This document shows, one piece after another, positions 15,425 to 23,608 of a DNA stretch of 64,000 nt (its first letter is position 1; each line of letters opens with the position of its first letter). The notes beneath the pieces were generated by a model. The model worked only from the letters and a program-made list of their open reading frames with translations. It searched no databases and had not been told where the DNA came from. The stretch is from Halothiobacillus sp. (GTDB taxonomy: Bacteria; Pseudomonadota; Gammaproteobacteria; Halothiobacillales; Halothiobacillaceae). The DNA lies in assembly GCF_024636015.1 (NCBI RefSeq), contig NZ_JAGXHU010000023.1; one strand, 5' to 3'. The position numbers and the translations under genes were made by a program.

Positions 15425-16405
15425 ATGAGCCGCGCCAGCCCAAACAATCTCACTGCGACGAAGACCAACACCAAAAGCCTGGCCCGGGGTGAGCACGCGC
15501 TGTCCGCTTGGGCACACCACCATCGGCGCTGTTTCAAAGATGCCCTCTGGCGCCTGTTAAAACGCCCAATCAGCGCATGGGCGACAATAGTCACGATTGC
15601 CATCGTGCTGGCATTGCCCGGCTTCATCATGACCCTGGCAACCCAAATCAAACAGATCGGCGGCATGTGGGCCAGCGAAAACGGCCAGATGAATGTCTAT
15701 CTGATTCCGAGCGCTCAAACCGATCAAATCCAGTCATTTCAGACCTGGCTTAACCATCAATCTGTTGTACGCGACAGCCGCTTGATTACACCGCAAGAAG
15801 GTTTACACGAGCTAGCCAAACGATTGAACATCGACTCCCTGACCGACATTCAGCCCAACCCCCTGCCTAGCGTTATTGTCGTGCATCTGGATCGGTTGAC
15901 CGGGGATACCGTTGAGTCACTGCAACACCAGATACGAACCAACCCATTGGTGGACAACATTTCCGAGGGCGGCGAATGGATCAAACGCCTACAGGAAATC
16001 AGCCTTTTTTTTGATCGGTTGAGCTGGTGGCTGCTTGGTCTCTTCGGCCTGACAGTCATCTTCGTGATCGGCAATACCCTCCGTCTTGAGTTACAGGAAC
16101 GCCGAGAGGAGCTTTCCCTGATGGCGCTGATTGGGGGCACGAGTCGATATATGCTGCGCCCCCTGCTCTACGACGGCGCCATCACCGGTTTGCTCGGCGG
16201 CATGCTGGCTAGCGTGATCATTTACGGTCTGCTGACTGCGTTGGCCGCCCCCATCAACAACCTTGCCACCAACTACGGCGCACACATTACCGTGATCACC
16301 CCCCTACTTATGACCGCTCTGCTGGGTATCATCGGGTTGATTCTGGGCTGGTTCAGCGCCCAAATCATCGGCCGGAATTTCATCAAGAAATCGGTCAAAC
16401 TCTGA
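15425..16405 (+). CDS. ftsX: Cell division ABC transporter permease FtsX
   Basis: The 326-aa protein has the FtsX topology of four transmembrane segments with a large periplasmic loop. It lies directly after ftsE. Confidence 0.9.
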   Translation: MSRASPNNLTATKTNTKSLARGEHALSAWAHHHRRCFKDALWRLLKRPISAWATIVTIAIVLALPGFIMTLATQIKQIGGMWASENGQMNVYLIPSAQTDQIQSFQTWLNHQSVVRDSRLITPQEGLHELAKRLNIDSLTDIQPNPLPSVIVVHLDRLTGDTVESLQHQIRTNPLVDNISEGGEWIKRLQEISLFFDRLSWWLLGLFGLTVIFVIGNTLRLELQERREELSLMALIGGTSRYMLRPLLYDGAITGLLGGMLASVIIYGLLTALAAPINNLATNYGAHITVITPLLMTALLGIIGLILGWFSAQIIGRNFIKKSVKL

Positions 16406-16425
16406 AAAACCGGAGTGGAACAAAG

Positions 16426-16453
16426 GGAACTAAAACCCCTCCCCCCACTCCAA
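16426..16453 (+). promoter_or_regulatory. Putative sigma-E (RpoE)-type promoter upstream of rpoH
   Basis: GGAACTA (16426-16432), a 16-nt spacer and TCCAA (16449-16453) resemble the sigma-E consensus GGAACTT-N16-TCNAA. E. coli rpoH P3 is sigma-E dependent. A sigma-70-like TATAAT also occurs at 16504-16509. Confidence 0.45.
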
Positions 16454-16659
16454 AAACAATGTTAAAGTACAGGAATCTCTGATTTACTCCCTCGCGCAAC
16501 GTCTATAATCTGGCGTAATCCGCCGAATGGGCGAACCGAAAGCCTCAAATCGTGGCAGAAGCCACCGGCAACAGCGGTCACAAAGGAGCTCATCGGAGGT
16601 TCCCTAACCAACGATACGAACGCCCGACGATTGGCTTATACATTTGAGAGGTCTCCATC

Positions 16660-17532
16660 ATGAATACCCCTAATCAAATCGCCGTCGCCCGCACCCTGCC
16701 GGTGATCGGTGATTCGTTACAGCAATATCTGACCGAAGTTCGACGCATCCCCCTGCTGACCCCCGCAGAAGAGTTAGTCCTTGCGGAACGCCTGAAGGAT
16801 ACGGGTGACATCAATGCCGCACAGGCATTGATCATGGCGCACCTGCGGTTTGTGGTTCACATTGCGCGCGGTTATCGTGGCTATGGCCTGCCACTGGCCG
16901 ATCTCATCCAGGAAGGCAACATCGGCCTGATGAAGGCCGTGAAGCGCTTCGAGCCGGAACAGAAAGTTCGCTTGGTGACTTTTGCCGTTCACTGGATTCG
17001 CGCCGAGATTCACGAGTACATCCTGAAAAACTGGCGGATCGTGAAGATTGCCACCACTAAAGCCCAGCGCAAGCTATTCTTCAAGATGCGCCAGATGAAA
17101 GGCTCGCTCGGCTGGCTGACCGCCGAAGAAACTCGCGCAATCGCCGCCGAGTTGAACGTACCGGAACGCGAGGTCACCACGATGGAGTCGCGTCTGTACA
17201 GTCACGACATCGGTCTGGATGCACCCGTGCATGATTACGACCAGGAAGGCAGCGGCCCCTCCTACGAGCAAATTCTGGTGGACCATAATCAGATCTCCGT
17301 AGAAGACCTGACCGCGCAACGGGACGAAGACGTCCGTGTCAGCGCCATGTCGCAGGCCCTTAGTGCACTGGATCCGCGTAGTCGCGACATTCTGGAGCGC
17401 CGCTGGCTGAACGAACCCAAGGCTACCCTGCAAACGTTGGCTGACGAGTATCAGGTCTCCGCGGAACGCGTCCGCCAGATTGAAAACGCCGCCCTTAAGA
17501 AATTGAAGCTGGCGCTTCCCGCACCAGAATAA
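16660..17532 (+). CDS. rpoH: RNA polymerase heat-shock sigma factor RpoH (sigma-32)
   Basis: Sigma-70-family regions 2 to 4 are present, along with the RpoH box-like segment (TKAQRKLFFKMRQ). It follows ftsX, as in E. coli. Confidence 0.95.
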   Translation: MNTPNQIAVARTLPVIGDSLQQYLTEVRRIPLLTPAEELVLAERLKDTGDINAAQALIMAHLRFVVHIARGYRGYGLPLADLIQEGNIGLMKAVKRFEPEQKVRLVTFAVHWIRAEIHEYILKNWRIVKIATTKAQRKLFFKMRQMKGSLGWLTAEETRAIAAELNVPEREVTTMESRLYSHDIGLDAPVHDYDQEGSGPSYEQILVDHNQISVEDLTAQRDEDVRVSAMSQALSALDPRSRDILERRWLNEPKATLQTLADEYQVSAERVRQIENAALKKLKLALPAPE

Positions 17533-17570
17533 TCCCTGCGCCCCTTTCTGTCGTCTGCGACAGCCCATCG

Positions 17571-17611
17571 AAAAGCCCCCGTTATCTCACGAGGAGATCG
17601 GGGGCTTTTTT
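17571..17611 (+). terminator. Rho-independent terminator after rpoH (A-tract upstream, so possibly bidirectional)
   Basis: The sequence is aaaaGCCCCC-gttatctcacgaggagatc-GGGGGCtttttt. The loop carries an inner atctc/gagat pairing. Confidence 0.8.
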
Positions 17612-17655
17612 AAGGCCGTAGACCAGTACTATCCAACGGAACTCGTCGATCCGAT

Positions 17656-18282
17656 CTAGCCCATGACCCCCGAAGACTTGAGTCCCTCAAGAAACATCTG
17701 CACCCCGATCACGGCCAGAATCAGCCCCATCAAGCGAGTAACAACAGCAATGCCATCGCGACCAATCCGGGCCAGTATCCGCTCGGCAAAAATGAACGCA
17801 TAAAAGGTGATGACACAAATCAAAACAAACACGCCAAGGGTTGTGGCGATATACAGCCATTTCCCACTCGGGGAGTAACTCATCGCCGTGGCAATCGTTC
17901 CCGGTCCGGCCAGCACCGGAATCGCCAGTGGCGTGATCGCAATATCGGTCTGATCCTCGCTATCGACTTCTCCCCCCGCCTGGGCAGCGATGGGTTTGGG
18001 ATGGGAGATCCGCGAATGCTCACCGTGCAGCATTCGAAAACCGACCAGTGAAATCAAAATGCCGCCAGCTATTCTCAGCGCCGATAATGTGATGCCGAAC
18101 AACGAAAAGACCAGCGGTCCGAAAAGGATGAATACCAGCACGATCAGAAACGCCACCCGAACGGAACGCCAAGCCACAACACGGGTTGTATGCACGCCCA
18201 TTTGTGCCGTAAGCCCCAGAAAAATGACGGCATTGGCAACAGGGTTCATCATGGCAAGAAACGCCATAAATACCGCCAGCAT
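17656..18282 (-). CDS. MarC-family (UPF0056) integral membrane protein
   Basis: It is a multi-pass membrane protein with the N-terminal NP motif (FLAMMNPVANAVIFLGLT) typical of MarC/NAAT proteins. I set the start at the ATG at 18282; the ORF is open to 18471. Confidence 0.65.
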   Translation of the reverse strand: MLAVFMAFLAMMNPVANAVIFLGLTAQMGVHTTRVVAWRSVRVAFLIVLVFILFGPLVFSLFGITLSALRIAGGILISLVGFRMLHGEHSRISHPKPIAAQAGGEVDSEDQTDIAITPLAIPVLAGPGTIATAMSYSPSGKWLYIATTLGVFVLICVITFYAFIFAERILARIGRDGIAVVTRLMGLILAVIGVQMFLEGLKSSGVMG

Positions 18283-18490
18283 GTGGTGAATCAAATCCGG
18301 CAACACAACTCCCCCTAACGTGAACTTCCGCACCTGATGTCTGCGATAAAATAAAATACCGATAGTCGTTGATTTTAACTTGCGCCGCGTCCATAAAGGG
18401 GCCTGTCTTTCAAGACGCGCTCTGAGTTGATACATACATACCCCAAAGCACATCCAGTCCACAACATCCACGCGTCAGAACAGCAAATCC

Positions 18491-19060
18491 ATGCCCAAAT
18501 ATAAAAGCTTCCTGAATTTTGCCCGCGAATTCGTCAAAAGTCCCCGGCATACCGGTGCCATTTGCCCAAGCTCAGTGTCGCTGGCGCGCCAGATGGCAGC
18601 GATGGTCCCCCCCGGCACAGGGAAAGTTATCGAACTGGGGCCCGGTAACGGCCCCATGACCCGAGCCCTGTTACAGCAGGGCATCGCTATTCAGGATCTG
18701 ATCCTGGTGGAACGGACACAATCCTTTGCCAAGCATCTCACGCAACGTTTTCCCGGGGTGGAGATCATTCACGGAGATGCCTGCGCACTCGGTAGTCTGC
18801 TTGGGCCACTGGTGAAGGACGAACCCATACGCGCCATTGTCTCCAGCTTGCCTTTTCGCAGCATGCCGCGCGATGTGGTTCAGCAAATCAGCCAGGAGAT
18901 TATTGCTGTCTCGCAGCCCGGCACCCGATTCATCCAATTTACCTATCATCTGCACGATAGTCGCCCCCCTTTTCCGGGGCCGTTTTCGAGCAGCGAATGG
19001 CATATCGTCTGGCAGAATCTGCCACCGGCCCGCGTGGGTGCCTTTGACTGGAAACCCTGA
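18491..19060 (+). CDS. Class I SAM-dependent methyltransferase (phospholipid N-methyltransferase/COG3963-like)
   Basis: It has motif I (VIELGPGNGPMT) and the acidic post-I residue (LVE). The 189-aa product looks like small PmtA-like enzymes; the substrate is unknown. Confidence 0.6.
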   Translation: MPKYKSFLNFAREFVKSPRHTGAICPSSVSLARQMAAMVPPGTGKVIELGPGNGPMTRALLQQGIAIQDLILVERTQSFAKHLTQRFPGVEIIHGDACALGSLLGPLVKDEPIRAIVSSLPFRSMPRDVVQQISQEIIAVSQPGTRFIQFTYHLHDSRPPFPGPFSSSEWHIVWQNLPPARVGAFDWKP

Positions 19061-19274
19061 ACCACGGTATTACTCAAATCAGAGGTTGGAATAGAAAGAA
19101 ATGTTGGTTGCTTCCCTACCTAGAAGCCAGCAATGTGGCCGTCAGGGTGGTTGATAAGAAAGTCTGCATATCAGCCAGATGGTCGTCAAGTCAGCTCAAC
19201 AACGTGAGCAAGAACTCCCAAAAGGGGGCTCATGCGGTAACAGACTCCGCAATCGGGGTAGAAGTCCACCTCCG

Positions 19275-19300
19275 AAATAAGAGATTGGTGTCTCTTATTT
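19275..19300. terminator. Hairpin between the convergent methyltransferase and opgD genes (candidate terminator)
   Basis: The arms aaataagaga and tctcttattt flank a 6-nt loop (ttggtg). It lies 42 nt past the opgD stop and is followed by cttcactattt on the plus strand. Confidence 0.45.
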
Positions 19301-19341
19301 CTTCACTATTTGTTCATGACTTTAATTGTTCAGAACAACAA

Positions 19342-21072
19342 TCAAGCCATTATTTGCGCAAAGCTTTGCCGGTGAAATTGGTACAACCAGGTCTCGCTGA
19401 CGACCTGCCCACCAATCGACAGAACACCGTTGAGTTCGATCGGTGTATCCGCATCGACGAACAGATCGAACTCCGTGCGCCAGCGAGGCGTGCCCGCAAC
19501 CCAATCAATATTGATATTGCTGATCTTGCCCGCAGTTGCGGAAATGGTGAAGACACCTTCCGATGTCTGATGGCCCTGGAACAGGTCACTTTCCCATTCG
19601 ATAACGAGTTTGACGGTATTTGCCGGGCGAGAACGACCGAAATCGCCGCCGGGTCCCGCGCGCAGGGCGACCGCCCGTGCCAGATGCCCGTGCGGGAAGA
19701 AGGGCTCGTGTTCCGTCCAATACAGGCGATACTTGAAATGGAGTGAGGAACCCGCCAGCGCTGGCCCCTTGGGTTGCCAAAAGGCAACGATATTATCGAA
19801 GGTTTCATCATTGGTCGGAATCTCGATCAGGGTCACGGAGCCCTTACCCCAATCGTCACTTCCCTTCTCGCCGACGAGGGGCTCGACCCAGACGGACGGG
19901 CGTTTCTCATAGCCCACGCCGTCAAGATAGTGCGAGGGGTCCCGATCACGCTGCAACAGCCCAAATCCGTGCGGACGCTCATCGATGAATGCGGAATAAG
20001 CCAGTGCGGGTGGATTCGTCAAAGGCCTGGCCACGCGTTCATTGTCGCTGCGCCAGATAGCCAACGTATCGGAATCATGAACTTCCGGCCGCCAGCCGCG
20101 TAGGTGTTTATTCGGGGTTTCGTCATACCAGAACATGGAGGTCAACGGGGCGATGCCCAGTTGATCAATGGTTTTGCGAATGAACAGGTGATTCTCGATC
20201 ACCATCTCGGTATCGCCATCGGAGCGCAGCTCAAAACGATAAGCGCCAGTAATCGAAAGCCCGTCCAGCAAGGCATACACCACCACAGGATCGCCTTCGT
20301 TCAGGGCCGGTTCGAACCAGAAGGCACGAAAATCCGGGAATTCCTCACCCTGTGGCAGACCGGTATTCACCGCGATGCCCCGCGCAGACATGCCCACCTG
20401 GCCCTGCCGCGAAATCGCCCGGAAATAGCTGGCCCCCTGGAAGGTTGCCCAAGGCTCGGATTTTGTCCAGTCGCCAACGCGACGCGAGCGCTGAACCCAG
20501 AAACCGGAAATGGCCGACTGACCCGCCGGTACCTGCCGTAACGGGCTATCGGCAGGCATGGTGAAATAATCGGGGCGATACTCGACCTCGCGCGCCCGCC
20601 CGCCATCAACCACGTTCATGCTGACCGTCTTCATGAAGTATTCACCCAAGGGGCGGAACGTGATGGGGTATACGGAGGGGCCGTTTCGCCACAACGCATC
20701 CTTCGGGTTGAACTGGATCTTACCGGCCGCATCGTAGTTGATGGCCTTGATGGCGTCCGGCACGGGCGAAGGGGGTGCTTGATACGGTGCCTTGGCCATT
20801 TCTTCAGCGCGCGCAATGAGACTCTTGAAGGAAAACGGTTTCGCCGTACCCAAGGAAAGTCCTTCCTGGGTGGCGGCCGTCGCCGTTGTCTTCGCCGCTG
20901 CAGTATCGGCAGCCGTCGTCGCGGCCGGGGCAGAAGGCGCCTCGGCGGCCTGCGCCTCGGTGAAGCCCATCGCAGCCAGTGCACTCACATTTGCCAGGGT
21001 GAACAGAAATGCCCGTCGGGTGTACTCGGATGGCGTCGGTTCGGAATGTGATTCTTGCGACATGGTCGGCAA
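19342..21072 (-). CDS. opgD: Periplasmic glucan biosynthesis protein OpgD (MdoD), Tat-exported OpgG paralogue
   Basis: A twin-arginine signal (TRRAFLFTLANVSALAAMG) and an Ala/Thr-rich linker precede an MdoG-family body that is collinear with the OpgG at 23609-25198 (e.g. YFRAISRQG../GLPQGEEFPDFRAFW). Confidence 0.85.
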   Translation of the reverse strand: MPTMSQESHSEPTPSEYTRRAFLFTLANVSALAAMGFTEAQAAEAPSAPAATTAADTAAAKTTATAATQEGLSLGTAKPFSFKSLIARAEEMAKAPYQAPPSPVPDAIKAINYDAAGKIQFNPKDALWRNGPSVYPITFRPLGEYFMKTVSMNVVDGGRAREVEYRPDYFTMPADSPLRQVPAGQSAISGFWVQRSRRVGDWTKSEPWATFQGASYFRAISRQGQVGMSARGIAVNTGLPQGEEFPDFRAFWFEPALNEGDPVVVYALLDGLSITGAYRFELRSDGDTEMVIENHLFIRKTIDQLGIAPLTSMFWYDETPNKHLRGWRPEVHDSDTLAIWRSDNERVARPLTNPPALAYSAFIDERPHGFGLLQRDRDPSHYLDGVGYEKRPSVWVEPLVGEKGSDDWGKGSVTLIEIPTNDETFDNIVAFWQPKGPALAGSSLHFKYRLYWTEHEPFFPHGHLARAVALRAGPGGDFGRSRPANTVKLVIEWESDLFQGHQTSEGVFTISATAGKISNINIDWVAGTPRWRTEFDLFVDADTPIELNGVLSIGGQVVSETWLYQFHRQSFAQIMA

Positions 21073-21159
21073 AGCTCCCAGAGGGTGAAAGGATTCAGAT
21101 CAATAATATTAAAACGCATCCGTTGTGTCAGCGAGCAATCGCCGGGCAACGGTTGGAAA

Positions 21160-23265
21160 CTAACGCACGCAGATCGATCGGGTCAGTGTATCAATCGTCC
21201 GCCCCCAGACATCATCCGGCGGGGCCTGCCAGGCATGCTGATGAATGCGCATGACTGCATCGGCATCATCCAGCACACGGGCCGCCTGTCGGCGCGGAAT
21301 CAAATCAAGCCCTTCGGACAAAATGCGAGCGCCCAAGTCGGTACTGGCCTGTTTTGCCGCACCGGTCCGATGCGCGGCAAGCGCTGCCGCAATGCGGGCC
21401 TGATTGGGATGTAGGAGCGTCCACTCCAGCCAGCCAGGGGCATTCGTCGGCTTCAGCGCGGGCATGTCGATTGCCGAAAACTGGACTAGAACCGGACACC
21501 CCAACCCTTGCTCGGGCGGTGTGCTCCAAATTCCCTGATCACGCCAGTAGTCGCCTAGGGTAAAGCGGGATAACCAGACCGTGATCGGGGCCGCCAGCAG
21601 GAGCGACAGACTGATTGGGATCGTCCAGTAGAAGAAATTGGCATCCAGACTCAGGGCTATCCCCGACCAAGTCAACGCCAGTATCATCCCCGGTGCATGT
21701 CGGATGAATGCCTGCCCCCAGCCAATTTCGGAGCTGCGGTTCTGTCCCGCCCAGGCAACACTGACATTGATGACAGCCTGAACGACATAGGCCGAGTGCG
21801 CCAGCATGCGAATCGGCGCCAACAGAATTGAAAACATATTTTCAAGCAAGAATCCTTGCAGCAATCGGCCGGTGGATCCAAAGCCAGGCAGGCGCTTGCG
21901 ATCAAAAATCAGCAACTCGAACAGGGCCAGCAATTTCGGCAGGAAGAGCGTAACCAGCGTACTCGTCACCAGGATGATGGCCCACTGAGGATGCCACTGC
22001 GGCCAATTCGGGTACAAGCTGTGCGCGTCCGGGAAATAATTGATATCGCCAGCGGCGAACTGCGCCACTTCGATCGTGCTGAACAGTAGGAACAAAAACC
22101 ATACTGGTGAGGCCAGATAAGCAAAAATACCATTCAGAAACGCCATGCGGTGCGCCGTGGCGATGCCGCGTTCAAATCCCAGAAAACGCAGATGCTGAAG
22201 ATTACCCTTCGACCAGCGCTTATCGCGGATCAATTCATCATCCAGCGAGGGGGGCGATTCCTCGTAGCTGCCTTCGATACCGGTTTCCAGCCAGACCTCA
22301 TAGCCGGCCCGACGGATGAAGGAAGCCTCAACAAAATCGTGGCTGAGCACGGTGCCCCGCCAGAGCCCCAGGCCTCGCATACTGCGCAACCCGCAATGCG
22401 CCATGAAGGCTTCGGTACGGATGATCGCGTTGTGGCCCCAGAACACGGCTTCATTCAGTTGCAGCGCGGCCAGCCCCTCGCTGAACAACGGGCCATAGAG
22501 ATGCGTGACGAACTGCTGCATCCGCGCAAAGGCCGAGCGTGCATTGAACAACTTCGGCACGGTCTGAATCATACCCGCCTTGGGTTCGCACTCCATGAGC
22601 CGGACCAGCGTGACTATCGCCTGACCAGACATCACGCTATCCGCATCAAGGACGATGAAGTACTTGAACTTCTTGCCCCAGCGGCGCAAAAAATCGGACA
22701 CATTGCCGGTCTTGGCCTTCAGGTTCACCCGACGGCGACGGTAGTGCAGCCGTCCATGCAGATCCAGCACTTCACACAACCGAAGCCAGGCCGCGCGCTC
22801 CTCAAGCCAGACCTCGGGATCCCGACTGTCCGACAACACAAAAAACTCGAAGGCTGATCCTTGCCCGGTCGCCAATACCGACTCGATGGTGGCCTGTAAT
22901 CCGCGGAATACCCGCTCAACATCTTCGTGATAAATCGGCAGAGCCACTGCCGTGGTCGCCAGTTCGACCGATGGCAATTGATCCCCAAAACGAGCCAGCA
23001 GACTATTGGCATCGCCGCGACCACCGTAACGGCGACGAATATAAAATCCGAACAAGGCCATCCAGGAGCCCGCCGCCACAAACGCATACAACGGAATAAA
23101 GGTCGCCAGGATCGCCTGCTCGATTGCCGGGCTGCCGTGATAAGGCAACACCCAGATCATCCCCCAGACACCGAATGCTGTCTGGGTCATGATCAGCAGC
23201 ATGAACATCCAACGACGAATCAGCGCCGTACGCAAAAACGGATCATGAGCGATCTTCGTATTCAT
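21160..23265 (-). CDS. opgH: Osmoregulated periplasmic glucan glucosyltransferase OpgH (MdoH), GT2 family
   Basis: The 701-aa membrane glycosyltransferase has the GT2 core (FFVLSDS...; YFIVLDADS; RWSKGNLQH, a Q/RxxRW-like motif) flanked by transmembrane segments. Confidence 0.9.
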   Translation of the reverse strand: MNTKIAHDPFLRTALIRRWMFMLLIMTQTAFGVWGMIWVLPYHGSPAIEQAILATFIPLYAFVAAGSWMALFGFYIRRRYGGRGDANSLLARFGDQLPSVELATTAVALPIYHEDVERVFRGLQATIESVLATGQGSAFEFFVLSDSRDPEVWLEERAAWLRLCEVLDLHGRLHYRRRRVNLKAKTGNVSDFLRRWGKKFKYFIVLDADSVMSGQAIVTLVRLMECEPKAGMIQTVPKLFNARSAFARMQQFVTHLYGPLFSEGLAALQLNEAVFWGHNAIIRTEAFMAHCGLRSMRGLGLWRGTVLSHDFVEASFIRRAGYEVWLETGIEGSYEESPPSLDDELIRDKRWSKGNLQHLRFLGFERGIATAHRMAFLNGIFAYLASPVWFLFLLFSTIEVAQFAAGDINYFPDAHSLYPNWPQWHPQWAIILVTSTLVTLFLPKLLALFELLIFDRKRLPGFGSTGRLLQGFLLENMFSILLAPIRMLAHSAYVVQAVINVSVAWAGQNRSSEIGWGQAFIRHAPGMILALTWSGIALSLDANFFYWTIPISLSLLLAAPITVWLSRFTLGDYWRDQGIWSTPPEQGLGCPVLVQFSAIDMPALKPTNAPGWLEWTLLHPNQARIAAALAAHRTGAAKQASTDLGARILSEGLDLIPRRQAARVLDDADAVMRIHQHAWQAPPDDVWGRTIDTLTRSICVR

Positions 23266-23606
23266 TCGGACACCATCGGGGGGATGACTAGGTCTCCCGC
23301 CTTGTGGCGATGCCGGACACTGCCGCGCACGATGACGGGCATCGTACGAAGTACCGGAACGGGCACGGCCAAACGTTCCGTTAGATCGGCCTGATTGCGC
23401 TCGATCGACAAATCCGCCTCCAGGTCGATCGTCGGGCAGCCGGTTTGCATGAATTGATAAAACACACGGCGCTGGAGCCAGCGCAACTGATCGCAGATCG
23501 CATTCGGATACTGGCAGGTCAACCCGGCAGCGGTTATCTGCACGATATCGTCCGGCGATTGGATGCGATCCGAATAAGTTTCGGGGGTAATGTCAGACAT
23601 GGGCAT
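23262..23606 (-). CDS. Hypothetical 114-aa soluble protein encoded between opgG and opgH
   Basis: Its ATG lies 2 nt after the opgG stop, and its stop overlaps the opgH ATG (ATGA at 23262-23265). It fills an otherwise 345-nt gap in the operon. I recognise no family motif. Confidence 0.55.
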   Translation of the reverse strand: MPMSDITPETYSDRIQSPDDIVQITAAGLTCQYPNAICDQLRWLQRRVFYQFMQTGCPTIDLEADLSIERNQADLTERLAVPVPVLRTMPVIVRGSVRHRHKAGDLVIPPMVSE

Positions 23607-23608
23607 CC

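Noticed and set aside
19108-19746. 212-aa plus-strand ORF starting in the intergenic gap
   Set aside because: It uses a non-ATG start, and two-thirds of it runs antisense into opgD. It has no Shine-Dalgarno and no recognisable domain.
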